DNA from: an uncultured Methanosarcinaceae archaeon
GTDB lineage: Archaea > Halobacteriota > Methanosarcinia > Methanosarcinales > Methanosarcinaceae
Assembly: GCA_963733675.1 (NCBI GenBank)
Contig: CAVTET010000004.1
Span: forward strand, 32,001 to 96,000
Length of the DNA: 64,000 nt
Direction: 5' to 3'
The notes beneath the pieces are model-generated. The model made no database searches. It had not been told where the DNA came from and saw nothing but the letters and a program-made list of their open reading frames with translations. Within the stretch, counting starts at the first letter, position 1; each line of letters opens with the position of its first letter. Below are positions 21,425-32,553 of this stretch, one piece after another. A program made the translations under genes and the position numbers.

Positions 21425-22228
21425 ATGGAAGAAAAACCTATCAAGAAAACAATAAAAGACAAAATTTTAGAAAGCTTAGTATATTATCCGAAAACAAACA
21501 CTCAACTGTTGCAAGAGCTGGGTTATAGTAATAAACAACATGGTAACATTTCTAAACAATTAAATCAGCTAAAAACAGATGGGTTTATTGTTGATGGAAA
21601 AGAAAAATCTCCAAATATAGATGACTATGCTACATCATGGTCAATAGTTCCAACTCTAGAAAATTTTAGGTATATAGGAAAAGATCCAAATTTAGTACCA
21701 GTGTTGCAAAAAAAAGATGTTGTTCTCGAAATTATTGCGGAGAACATGCGTGTTTCAATTATTCAAGATGTTATTCTGGATATAGACGCTACTAGTTCTC
21801 TTATAAGTAAGAAAATAATTAGAGGAGATCAGGAAGAATTATATTCACTTCTTGAAAAGCCTAAAAGAAAATTTAAGGAAATGTTAAAATTATCTCCTGT
21901 ATTCTTCAAATTTCATCTACTTCATGAAGATTACAACACGGACTCATGGAGTGATTTTGAAAGGGATATTGAAGAATTAGGACATATAGCTAAATTTCAA
22001 CTTATCCCTCCTCGTAATATAGTACGGTATTATCTATTTCTGAATTCATATGATTTTAAATTTTGTGTTGGTATAGATATGTTATATGGAAAATTAAGTG
22101 ATGAGGCAAAGAACTACTGGATTGAAATAAAAAATTATTTGAAAGAAGAAGAAATAAATATTAAGCCCATCACAGAAGCCGTCAGAAAAGCCATCACAAA
22201 ACAAGAATATAATTCTGCATTGAAATAA
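21425..22228 (+). CDS. wHTH-domain protein, putative element regulator
   Basis: KILESL...TQLLQELGY..QHGNISKQLNQLKTDGFI wHTH pattern; probable start MEEKP. Confidence 0.7.
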   Translation: MEEKPIKKTIKDKILESLVYYPKTNTQLLQELGYSNKQHGNISKQLNQLKTDGFIVDGKEKSPNIDDYATSWSIVPTLENFRYIGKDPNLVPVLQKKDVVLEIIAENMRVSIIQDVILDIDATSSLISKKIIRGDQEELYSLLEKPKRKFKEMLKLSPVFFKFHLLHEDYNTDSWSDFERDIEELGHIAKFQLIPPRNIVRYYLFLNSYDFKFCVGIDMLYGKLSDEAKNYWIEIKNYLKEEEINIKPITEAVRKAITKQEYNSALK

Positions 22229-22337
22229 ATTTTCTCTAAAGATCTTTTACCTAAATTTCTAAAAATATTAAAAGAATTTGTATTACAATATTATTGTCTA
22301 ATTGAGGAATTGGTTTCGTTTTAGACAACCATTAAAA

Positions 22338-23640
22338 TTACTTTTCATTTTTAAGCATGGCCTCCTTCAATTTAGAAATTTCGTCAAGCTCCCTTTTTAA
22401 TTCGTTCTTCATTTCCCATATTTTTTCAAGGTCTGCATATTGCATATAGTCAGCTTTGATAGATTCGGTGGCCTTCATTTTTTCTATCTCTGCCTTGAGT
22501 TCCTGCAGCTCCGATCTTTCCACAACATGCCTGGCTGTTTCAGCTTGTAAAATCTGATTTTCCTGTTTGATCCGCAGGTACTCAGGACTTTCTGAGATAT
22601 CCATCTCTTTTTGAATTGTAAGATAAGGCATATATTTTCCAATATCTTTGCTAAAGAGTTTTGATCAGATCGAAAATAAGCGGCTTTAGTTCTATCAATT
22701 TTATGTCCCATTGTAAACTCAACAAAGAAAGAGTCACAACCAACATTTAACAGAGCAGAGTCATAGTATTTCCTTATATTGTGACTTCGCATGATATTCC
22801 ATTTCCCTTTAGGTGTTGATTTACTGGCTTTCTCATTAAGCATTCTGTATATCTTGAGGAACGAATTCCTTTCAAGCTTCCTTAGAGACTCATCTTTTTT
22901 ATCAAGCCATTCAGCAGGTATTTTTCGACCAATGAAAAGGTAATCGTTGTCAGAGTAAACATGTTGCTTCTGTAATTGTTTTTGTTTCCTTATATCGGTT
23001 GAGTCAGATTTCCTATTTCTAAAATCTAAATAATCAATTACTGCTTGACTAGTTTCTGGCGTCAGAAATGTGATAAAATCTACCTTAGTTTTACCTCTAC
23101 GTAGTTTTAAAGTTGTTATTCCAGTTGTGGAATCATATCTATCCTTGAAGTTTCCAACTTTTAAATTTATGATCTCATTTGAACCTAATCCACTGCTTAA
23201 ACCTACTAAAACTACAGCTATTTCTAGCGGATCAGCCACTTTTAATATTATTTTAATATCATTTTTTGAAGTATCTCAATGTTACTTTCTAATACTGTGG
23301 ACTCAAGATTCCTTTGTTTAGGAAATTGAATATTATAATATGTATAAAATGACTGAATAGCCATTATATAACCTCGAATAGTGTTTGGAGCAAGATTCTT
23401 GTTTTTTAAATGCTGTTTAAATCTAGGAATATCAACGAAGATCGATCTTTCATCCATTAGCATTCCTGCTTTAATCTCAGCTTTAGCTTCAGTTATAAGT
23501 TGATCTGGGATTTTGGACAGAAACTCACAGTAAGCATTTATAGAATGCGTATAATTTCTTCTGGTATTAGATGAAGCTTCAATAGCTAACATCCAATTGT
23601 CTACCTTGGTAGACAATACAAAGTTAATATCAACAGTCAT
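22338..23640 (-). pseudogene. tyrosine recombinase/integrase, split by two frameshifts
   Basis: SAM-like N-terminus (23248-23640), catalytic core SSGL..EI, HNIRKY, MGH, AYF (22484-23239) and coiled-coil tail (22338-22631); single-base shifts near 23270 and 22640. Confidence 0.85.
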
Positions 23641-23708
23641 AAGTAATTACCTCTATCATTTCATCCATTTTAAAATATTCGTTTTCCAAAAAATTTAGGG
23701 TTGTGTTA

Positions 23709-23734
23709 CCATATACGGTATAACAATGATAAAT
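23709..23734. repeat. attR (arm CCATATACGGTATAA plus CAATGATAAAT)
   Basis: Direct repeat with 11795-11806; ~70 bp from integrase start. Confidence 0.8.
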
Positions 23735-23938
23735 GTGCTGCCAAGCTATGAAAAGGCAGCATATAGGGAATTTAGGACTATAGAAGGAATTAAAGACGTT
23801 TACCATGTCTTTGGAGAATATGATTTTGTAGTAATTATTAATGTCAAAGACCTTAGCACACTTAATTCAGTAGTGGACAGGATAAGGGAAAGCGAAACAG
23901 TAACCGCTACCCAGACAATTGTTGGGGCAGATCTTTAA
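23726..23938 (+). CDS. Lrp/AsnC ligand-binding (RAM)-domain protein, missing first 6 codons
   Basis: IEGIKDVYHVFGEYDFVV..V..L..VVDRIR....T.T pattern. Confidence 0.85.
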   Translation: MINVLPSYEKAAYREFRTIEGIKDVYHVFGEYDFVVIINVKDLSTLNSVVDRIRESETVTATQTIVGADL

Positions 23939-24289
23939 ACTGGAAGTCTCAAAATAAGATTAGGCCGTTTGATGTAAATGAAAAACATATATTTTTTAAA
24001 AAAATTCTGGATTTTTATACTTTAAACTTTTATCGACATCAATCTCTTGCTTCCAAAATTCTCATAAATAATTCGGTTTGAATAATCACCACAAAAAACT
24101 ATATTGAAATTTATGCCGAAGAAGAGACATTGATAGAAAGAATATTTTATCGTTGCGAGAAAATACTACTAATAAAAGCATCTATAATCTAAATTCCTGC
24201 CTCAAATATTTATAAGGTAAATAATAAGAGAACATTAGTTTTATTCTAAGGAAATGTTAGATTAATTTTTCAACCTGAGGTAAAATTCT

Positions 24290-26155
24290 ATGGAAGTCCC
24301 TATTGCAGAAGAACTTGCCAAAAAACAAAAGTCTATAAGTGTCGCCGAATTTTTTGAAAAAAATAGGCACATCCTAGGTTTTGACTCTGCACCACGAAGC
24401 CTTATCACAACAGTAAAAGAAGCCGTTGACAACGCTTTGGATGCCTGTGAAGAAGCAGGAATCCTGCCTGACATCCTTATCCAGATCGAAAGGGTGGAAC
24501 AGGACTATGTAACCGTCATTATAGAAGATAATGGACCAGGAATCATAAAAGAGCAAATACCAAAAGTTTTTGCAAAATTACTGTATGGTTCGAGGTTTCA
24601 TTCCCTCAAACAGAGCAGGGGACAACAGGGAATCGGAATCTCTGCAGCCGTGCTCTATAGCCAGATGACCACAGGCAAGCATACGAAAATCCTCTCCAAG
24701 ACAGGACTTAATACCCTGGCCCATTATTATGAGCTCATGATCAATACCAGCACGAATGAGCCCGATATCCTGAAAGACGAAGTAAAGGATTGGTTTCGCG
24801 CCCACGGAACCCAGATAGAGCTGGAGATGAAGGCTGCTTACGTAAAAGGAAGACGGCAATCTATTTATGAGTACCTCAAAGCCACAGCAATTGTAAACCC
24901 TCATGCAAGGATTACCCTGGTCGAACCTGACGGCAACGAGGAAGTTTTTGAAAGGGCTACAGATAAAATGCCGGACCTTTCAGAAGAAATATTGCCCCAT
25001 CCAGAAGGTATCGAGCTAGGTACTCTTATGAAAATGCTGCATCACACAGAGCGCCAAAAACTTGCCTCTTTTCTTAGATACTCTTTTTGTAAAATCGGCC
25101 TACTCACTGCCGAAGAAATATGTAAGGCTGCAGGGCTTGACCCTGAAATAGACCCTCATTTTCTTAGCCATCATGAAGCAAGAAAACTAATTGAGTCATT
25201 TGAGAAAGTAAAGATCATGGCGCCTCCCACAGACTGTCTTTCCCCAATAGGCGAAGAGCTGATTTACAGGGGGCTTGAAAAAGAAACAAAAGTGGACTTT
25301 ATTGCTACAAGCACACGAAAACCGGCTGTATATTCAGGAAATCCCTTTGTAGTAGAAGTGGGGCTTGCTTACGGGGGAAATTTATCGAAAGAAGAAAAAA
25401 TTAGCATAATGCGTTTTGCTAACCGTGTTCCTTTGCTTTACCAGCAAGGAGGATGCGTGACCACACACGCAGTTGAAGATATTAAGTGGAAGCAGTACGG
25501 CTTAAACCAGCCCGGAGGAGGAATTCCTGTAGGTTCAGCCCTCCTTCTAATTCATGTAGCTTCCATCAATGTGCCTTTTACATCAGAATCAAAGGACGCT
25601 ATTGCTGACATTCCTGTGATAAAAGAAGAAGTGAACCTTGCAATCAAAGATGTTGCCAGAAAACTTAAACACTATTTGAGCAAGCAAGACAATCTCAAGA
25701 AACGCCGAGAAAAAGAAATAATTATCACAAAAGTGCTCCCAAAAATGGCATTGAAGGTTGCAAATATCCTGGGCAAAGAGGTTCCTGACATAAATCCTGT
25801 TGTTGCAATGATTATGGGGAATCTGCTTGTGTACAGAAAAGTGAAAAAGAATGAGGAAGGGACTGCACATATTGTAATCAAAATCAAAAACTTTGGGAGC
25901 TCAACCCATTCCTTCAGGATACATGAGATGCTGCCCTGGACAATCAGCAGGGCAAAGCCTGAGCCAAAAATGGTTACTATAGGCAACGATTATGACTATA
26001 TATGGGAAGTTTCGGCAGCAGTAGGGTCTTCAAAGGTGCTCAGCTACATAATAGAACATGCAACAGACAAAGAGCTAGGAAAACTCCCTGATCTCATTGT
26101 AGAAGGGATCGAAGAAGAGCTGGTTACAGGAGCAAAGGCCTTTAAGGAGATATAA
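24290..26155 (+). CDS. top6B: DNA topoisomerase VI subunit B
   Basis: [33 protein letters not shown] and PFTSESK motifs. Confidence 0.97.
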   Translation: MEVPIAEELAKKQKSISVAEFFEKNRHILGFDSAPRSLITTVKEAVDNALDACEEAGILPDILIQIERVEQDYVTVIIEDNGPGIIKEQIPKVFAKLLYGSRFHSLKQSRGQQGIGISAAVLYSQMTTGKHTKILSKTGLNTLAHYYELMINTSTNEPDILKDEVKDWFRAHGTQIELEMKAAYVKGRRQSIYEYLKATAIVNPHARITLVEPDGNEEVFERATDKMPDLSEEILPHPEGIELGTLMKMLHHTERQKLASFLRYSFCKIGLLTAEEICKAAGLDPEIDPHFLSHHEARKLIESFEKVKIMAPPTDCLSPIGEELIYRGLEKETKVDFIATSTRKPAVYSGNPFVVEVGLAYGGNLSKEEKISIMRFANRVPLLYQQGGCVTTHAVEDIKWKQYGLNQPGGGIPVGSALLLIHVASINVPFTSESKDAIADIPVIKEEVNLAIKDVARKLKHYLSKQDNLKKRREKEIIITKVLPKMALKVANILGKEVPDINPVVAMIMGNLLVYRKVKKNEEGTAHIVIKIKNFGSSTHSFRIHEMLPWTISRAKPEPKMVTIGNDYDYIWEVSAAVGSSKVLSYIIEHATDKELGKLPDLIVEGIEEELVTGAKAFKEI

Positions 26156-26156
26156 A

Positions 26157-27266
26157 ATGGCCAGAGAAATAAATAGCAAAAAAACATCGGGAGATGTCAT
26201 AGCAAGAGATAGACTTCTTGAGCTTGCAGGAAAAATTTATGACCAATTTGAAAATGAGGTTATCCCAAGCGTCAGCCTCCCAAGCCGAACAAAGGCAAAT
26301 ATAGAATATTCCGACGAGAGTGAGGTATGGGTCTATGGGGATAGAGAAAGTGAAAGGAGTGCAAAAACAGTAAAAGGTGCATTTCAGCTCCTGAAGACGA
26401 CTTATGCGACAGATTTTCTCATAAAAGAGCACCTGACCCAGAATCGTGGTTCGACACTTCGAGAACTGTACTATATATCGGAGGGCTGGGACTCCGCCAA
26501 GTTTAAGGAACAAACTGAAAGCGACCGTCTAATCGAAGATCTGGAACTCCTAACCAGTCTTCAGAGAGAGTATTTCCACATGCGCCCTGAAGAAGATGGA
26601 GCTACGATGTTTGGACCTATTGAGATATCAGAAAAGACAAAGAGAGGAGAGCGGGATATCCACTGCCAGAAAGATGTAGGAGAAGGAGGATACCAGATTC
26701 CTTTTAACGTGGAAAATATAGAGTTTAAGGGCCATGAAGCCAATATGATTATTGCTATAGAGACAGGAGGAATGTATGCACGGCTGATGGAAAACGGTTT
26801 TGATGAGGCCTACAAAGCAATACTTGTTCATCTCAAAGGCCAACCTGCAAGGTCAACCCGCAGAATCATCAAGCGGATGAACGAGGAATTAGGCATACCC
26901 GTAGCTGTTTTTACTGACGGAGACCCCTGGTCCTATAGAATTTATGCCTCTGTAGCCTATGGCGCTATAAAAAGTGCGCATCTATCGGAATTTATGGCCA
27001 CTCCTGCAGCCAAATTCCTGGGTCTCCAACCCTCGGATATAGTTGAATACGAACTCTCTACCGACAAGCTCACAGAACAGGATATAGGCGCATTACGCAG
27101 TGAACTTTCAGATCCACGTTTTGAATCCGAATATTGGAAGGAGCAAATCCAGCTACAGCTTGATATAGGGAAAAAGGCTGAACAACAGGCCTTTGCCGGA
27201 AAAGGTCTGGATTTTGTAACCGATGTATACCTACCTAACCGGCTCAGAGAACTGAGTATAATATAA
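26157..27266 (+). CDS. top6A: DNA topoisomerase VI subunit A
   Basis: [19 protein letters not shown] and KAEQQA motifs. Confidence 0.97.
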   Translation: MAREINSKKTSGDVIARDRLLELAGKIYDQFENEVIPSVSLPSRTKANIEYSDESEVWVYGDRESERSAKTVKGAFQLLKTTYATDFLIKEHLTQNRGSTLRELYYISEGWDSAKFKEQTESDRLIEDLELLTSLQREYFHMRPEEDGATMFGPIEISEKTKRGERDIHCQKDVGEGGYQIPFNVENIEFKGHEANMIIAIETGGMYARLMENGFDEAYKAILVHLKGQPARSTRRIIKRMNEELGIPVAVFTDGDPWSYRIYASVAYGAIKSAHLSEFMATPAAKFLGLQPSDIVEYELSTDKLTEQDIGALRSELSDPRFESEYWKEQIQLQLDIGKKAEQQAFAGKGLDFVTDVYLPNRLRELSII

Positions 27267-28302
27267 AAAATATAATTTGCAACGTTAGAAGACGCTTTAA
27301 AACCTACTCAAATAGGAAGAGCTTATTATTTGATATCACTTATGAGTAATAAAATAACGGGTCAGCTTATTTTTGTTATGTGGCTTTGTAACTGCTGAAA
27401 GCAGACCGTCGAAATACCTTCAAAGCGTAGCCATAAGCCGTATTAAGGTCTTATCAAGAAAATTTTTACAAAGCCAATGCAAAAATACATGGATGAGAAG
27501 TTCCAAGTCCTTAGGATGTCTAGAAATATACTTTTTGAAGTTAACACCATATGTCAGTATCTAAAATCCTGACAAACAATATATTGTGTAATATATCCGA
27601 TGTCTGGAAAAAGTATGATATTTGAAACGAAAGGCGGCATAGAGGCCGCATTCGGTAGCTCAGGTGACACGTCTTAGGTGGACATTTTGCAAGCTGCATC
27701 TGCGGATGCGTCGGCGAATCAGGTGTTCCTATAGCTAAGTATTAATGCAGAATAACGTGGATACACTAGATGATAAATTTACACAGACAGTTCCATAAAC
27801 CATGTAAATAATTAAAAGAAAACTCCCCTATGTGGCTTTCTTTTCCTCATTTTATACATGGTTGTTTACTGCAAGGGTCATCCTAGTAAACAGCCTTTTT
27901 GTAGATAGAATCTGTAACTGACTCATATTTAGCAGTTACTATATCTCTCTAATTTGTGCTATCACTTCAGCAGTGTACCAAAAGTTCGTAAAATATGGTT
28001 GAATCTGTATCCTTTTTCTTTCACTATAAAAAATAGGGTATAAATCTACATTTATACCAACAAAAATTATGTCATTATTGTTTTCATTGATGCATAGTTT
28101 TTGTGACAAAAACTAGGCATTTAGCAATTATATATTGAATAGAACCCATGCGACCGAACGAAGAATCTGAATTTTTATACCTGAAATACACAAGATCTTA
28201 ACTTGTAAAACAATAATTTAAAATAAAAATGTATGTTGCATTTGATTTTTGATTTCAAGTGCTTAAGCTTCAAAAATTAAAAGTAGGAATGGTATGAAAA
28301 AT

Positions 28303-28455
28303 TTACATCCTTTTATCCTTGTCTTTGTTTTTATAAATAGCGTAGTATTCTTTCATCTTACTAGCTGCTGCTGCTGTCACTGCTGCCGAAGCTGTCAATG
28401 TTGCTATAATCACTAACAACAAACCAGTGAGCATCTTTTGAATTTGTTTTGCCAT
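28303..28455 (-). CDS. 50-aa signal-peptide-bearing small protein
   Basis: MAKQIQKMLTGLLLVIIATLTASAAVTAAAASKMKEYY...; AAGGAG RBS. Confidence 0.5.
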   Translation of the reverse strand: MAKQIQKMLTGLLLVIIATLTASAAVTAAAASKMKEYYAIYKNKDKDKRM

Positions 28456-28666
28456 AGAGTCTTAACTCCTTAATTTTTACTTTTTTGGAAGACGAGGTTG
28501 TGCATAAAAAGCGTTAGCCTTCAATATATGGATTTAATCAATATGCAATATCTACCGAAAAAAATTGTAGTATTTGAAAGGCTATTTGAATAGCTGCTAA
28601 ATCTTCTATTTCAGATGATTCCTACAGAGCCTGAATTTCATTATCGTTTTTCTGTCGAACTCATTT

Positions 28667-28883
28667 TCATTGTTTGAGCATTTCCTGAGTTTTTCGCATA
28701 CCAGCTATAACTTATTTTTTTAACGCGATCCTTTTTTTTCATATCACTTAGTTTTAATTTTATTATTTTATTACTTTATCCATTCTCATTACTGCAACTT
28801 TCTTTTTCTGTTCTACAGTCAGAAGTTCCACATCTCACCATCGCAGTCTGTATTACTGACCCTTTTCCTGCTAAATCGTGCAT
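28667..28883 (-). pseudogene. frameshifted paralog of the 40749/41071 small coiled-coil proteins
   Basis: MHDLAGKGSVIQTAM/EMWELLTVEQKKKVAVMRMD aligns with ...GPAMQTAMTETWGLLTEEQKKKVTHMRMD; AGGAG RBS. Confidence 0.7.
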
Positions 28884-29589
28884 GTTTCAGTATCTCCTTT
28901 GAGCGATAATATTCTTTAAAAAATAAGGGTTATCAAAAGAAAAAAGAATGAATGTTGTATTTAAACAGCCTTAGCAGAATTAACTGAAGATTCTGTTTTT
29001 ACAACCGGTTCAGCTGTATTTTCTGCATTAAAGTCACCCGCTGTAGGTAATACTTTTGAATCTGACTTTATCATACTATATATCTCCTCATATTTCGATA
29101 TATGTAATGCAGATTTATTTGTAGTAATTGCTATAAGATATAAAGATGTTGCAACCTATAAGTAACAATGTATTTTTTAATTTCTTTGCAGAGTTTCACT
29201 ACTAAATTTAAAAATAAGCTCACAAAAATTTGTCATTGGGTCTAGATAATGATGTCTATAGATGCTTTTTATCTTGGCTGAATCGTAAATATTACTGTTT
29301 TCCTGGATTAAGCTTTGAATATGGACAGCTTTATTATGCATAGATCTTTGGTAGTAAAACGTATGTATTTTTTCCAAATTTCAGTGGCAGTGTGATTAAT
29401 GTATATCTGATACTGCACCGAAAATCTGAAACCTTCTACCCTGCAAGAAAGTAATTGGAAAAATTCAGAAAATTGCTTATTTATACCAAATATGTGTTAG
29501 TTTGTCACCATAACTTCCAGCATATTTTTTTAATTGAGCGGCTATATGTGATATAAAAGCTATAATATATGTTATATATTATGCCTATT

Positions 29590-30044
29590 ATGCCTGAAAC
29601 AACAAATATCCAGATAACAAAGCAAACCTACGAAGAGTTACGGAAAATTGGAATAATGGGGGACAATTATAATAAGCTTATTAATGAACTGATAGTCAAA
29701 CAAAATCTAAATGAACTAAGTGAGTAGGAGAGAAATTTATAAGAAAACATAAAGATGAGTTTGTGAGTATCGATAGCCTTTAAAGTTTTTGTGCAACCCC
29801 CTCTCTTAGCTAAGGTTTCTATGGAACGAAAAGGACATATAAAATCTGCAATAAAAGAGTTTACAAATCCATTTCCAAATAATTACGAAGGCAAAAAGAA
29901 CTCAATGGAACTCAAATCTTTATATACTGTCTGGGAGTTGGAGATTATCGGGTTTTCTATCAAATTGATGAAGAAGAAAGGAAAGTGTACATTTTTGATA
30001 TTTTGACCACTGAACAAGTGCATTAAAAATATGGAAGAATTTAA
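29590..30044 (+). pseudogene. decayed antitoxin plus RelE/ParE-like toxin pair
   Basis: MPETTNIQITKQTYEELRKIG..GDNYNKLINELI (RHH-like), then a frameshifted toxin ending GVGDYRVFYQIDEEERKVYIFDIL. Confidence 0.65.
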
Positions 30045-30399
30045 GATTAATTATCAAAACTTCCACTAGTGCTTTCTTATTCTAAAATTTTTAGGAAGTG
30101 ATTTACTGTTTAACCTTCTGCTCCTTGAATTAATAGTTGAATCTTAATCCATGGATTATGCATATTTTTTACTATAAAACATATGTATTATCTCAAATTC
30201 AAATTTTCATTAATATTTATCACTATTACCTACTCACAAACTTAAAAGCATAGAAAAACGCATACACAATTGATGTTGAACAAACTAGTTAATTTATAGT
30301 CCAATTTACTTTTCTGCTCACAAGGCTAATACTAAATATTGTGTCATCTTTATGAGTATAATGTAAGAAGCTTGCTGCTTCAGATACGAGTCCACGATT

Positions 30400-32049
30400 T
30401 TATAATCTTAATTTTGTCCGTATGAAACCGCCAACTACTGTAGCAATAATAGCACAAGCGACTGGAAATAATGGGTGATGAAATATTGACTCTTCTTTAA
30501 CTGTTAGAGTAAATGCAGGTGATGTGCTAGGTTTGAAGTGATTATTACCTATATATTGAGCTGTGATCGAATGTGAGCCAACTGAAAGCGCTGAAGTAGT
30601 CAAAATTGTCTGTCCCGAATTTACAGCTTCAGCTCCGATTTGCGTTTTTCCGTCTAGGAAAGTAACTGTACCTGAAGGTTCTTCTGTTTCTTGTGATGTC
30701 GTATCAACTTTGGCAGTAAATGTTATTAGCTGGCCAGATACATACTCAGTAGCAGTAGAAGTTAACCCAGTCTTTGTATCTACCATAGGATTATCTAGGG
30801 ATCCAGGTCGTTGATCTGGACCAGGCTTATCTAGAACTATTAATGTGAAAATAGATGATGTGCTAGGTTTGAAGTTATTATCACCGCTATATTGGGCTGT
30901 GATCAAATGTGAGCCAACTGAAAGCGCTGAAGTCGTCAAAATTGCCTGTCCCGAATTTATAGTTCCAGTTCCTATGGCCATGGTCCCATCCATGAAAGTA
31001 ATTGTACCTGATGGCTTTTTCACTCTTTGTGACGTCGTACCAATTGTAGCAGTAAGTGTTATTATTTGGCCAAATGTATATTCATTAGCTGAAGAAGTTA
31101 ACTTAGTCATTGTGTCTGACATTGGGCTAGAATTCTTACTAGGAATGTTGGGATTAGGAGTTTGACTAGGGATAGTGAGATTCGGAGTTTGGCTAGGAAT
31201 GTTGGGATTAGGAGTTTGACTAGGGATAGTGAGATTCGGAGTTTGGCTAGGAATGTTGGGATTAGGAGTTTGACTAGGAATAGTGAGATTCGGAGTTTGG
31301 CTAGGAATGTTGAGATTAGGAGTTTGACTAGGAATAGTGAGATTCGGAGTTTGGCTAGGAATGTTGGGATTAGAAGTTTGACTAGGAATGTTGGGATAAG
31401 GAGTTTGGCTAGGAATGTTGGGATAAGGAGTTTGACTAAGAATGTCGGGATAAGGAGTTTGGCTAGGAATGTTGGGATAAGGAGTTTGACCAGGAATGTT
31501 GGGATTAGGAGTTTGGCTAGGAATGTTGGGATTAGGAGTTGTGCCTAATTTAGCTAGAACAAGTCTTTTATCAGCCCAACCATTTGAATTATGTGGATTA
31601 ATTTCAACTGCTTTGTCATATGCTTTTTTTGCGTCATTGAACTTACCTAATTTGGTTAGAGCATTTCCTTTATTGAACCAAGCATATGAATCCTGCGGGT
31701 TAATTTCAATTGCTTTGTCGTATGCCTTTATTGCTTCATCAAATTTATTTAAAGAACTTAGAGCCACGCCTTTGCCTGTCCAAGCCATTGAATTATGTGG
31801 GTTAATTTCAATTTCTTTGTCATAAGCTGTTATTACTTCCTCGTACTTGCCCGAGTCTTTAATGAAGTTTCCTTTTATATACAAAGCATTATTAAAATCG
31901 ACGCGATTGTTGCTGTCGGAGTTTGGAATCTCTGAAGGTAGCAACGCACCTGCGGTATTCACTAGAATTAGAAGTATTAGCACAATAATTTCTAAAACCT
32001 TTATAGTGGGATACCTGCGACTTGCTTTATCAGATGTCGCTTTTTTCAT
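30400..32049 (-). CDS. cell-surface protein: signal peptide, TPRs, Pro/Thr/Asn linker, two Ig-like domains, C-terminal TM anchor
   Basis: AYDKAIEINP TPRs; two PSGTxTFxDG...LSVGSHxITAQY Big-like repeats; hydrophobic C-terminus. Confidence 0.88.
   Translation of the reverse strand: MKKATSDKASRRYPTIKVLEIIVLILLILVNTAGALLPSEIPNSDSNNRVDFNNALYIKGNFIKDSGKYEEVITAYDKEIEINPHNSMAWTGKGVALSSLNKFDEAIKAYDKAIEINPQDSYAWFNKGNALTKLGKFNDAKKAYDKAVEINPHNSNGWADKRLVLAKLGTTPNPNIPSQTPNPNIPGQTPYPNIPSQTPYPDILSQTPYPNIPSQTPYPNIPSQTSNPNIPSQTPNLTIPSQTPNLNIPSQTPNLTIPSQTPNPNIPSQTPNLTIPSQTPNPNIPSQTPNLTIPSQTPNPNIPSKNSSPMSDTMTKLTSSANEYTFGQIITLTATIGTTSQRVKKPSGTITFMDGTMAIGTGTINSGQAILTTSALSVGSHLITAQYSGDNNFKPSTSSIFTLIVLDKPGPDQRPGSLDNPMVDTKTGLTSTATEYVSGQLITFTAKVDTTSQETEEPSGTVTFLDGKTQIGAEAVNSGQTILTTSALSVGSHSITAQYIGNNHFKPSTSPAFTLTVKEESIFHHPLFPVACAIIATVVGGFIRTKLRL
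31135..31539 (-). repeat. 15 x 27-bp coding tandem repeat (TPNPNIPSQ)
   Basis: Counted in translation. Confidence 0.9.
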
Positions 32050-32553
32050 TTTTAGTCTCCGGATATTTATTTATATATTAATAATGGAAAATAACTACAA
32101 AAACATAAATTGATACTACTTCATTTTACGAAGAAAACTTTCTATTCGAAAATTATATTTGTTTGATTAATAAAAATTGATATTATATTCCATTTGGTTT
32201 TTAAATTTATATAATTTTTTGTATTATCATCAAAAAGCCATTCTGAATAAAAAATTAACCTAATTTCGATACAAGACCCAAAAAAAGATACTTTAAGGTA
32301 GAACATAACTCTATAGAAATAACAATGCACAGTTTTTTTGTGTATAAACCTATGTATTTTCTTATTTTTCAGCCGAAATTTTCGGACATTTTTAACTGAT
32401 TGTTCTGAGATAAATAAGTTTCAGTCAAACATATGTTATTGTGGGAAGCAAAAAGTGATTATGTTTATCTCACAAAGAATAAAAATAAATGAAAATTAAG
32501 TAACTATTCAATCTACAAATCGGATTTGTTTAACCTATTTAGATAAATTACTT

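Larger units (their letters stand above)
11802..23729. mobile_element. integrative element encoding family A DNA polymerase and tyrosine integrase (~11.9 kb)
   Basis: att direct repeats, integrase next to attR, replication-like module, cargo genes, interrupted host gene. Confidence 0.85.

Noticed and set aside
27600-27760. GC-richer patch as ncRNA or amber read-through ORF
   Set aside because: Only a short hairpin and no recognisable motif; two TAGs and no supporting homology
31135-31548. CRISPR-like array and plus-strand ORF 31162-31548
   Set aside because: In-frame coding tandem repeat without spacers; the plus ORF is its antisense shadow
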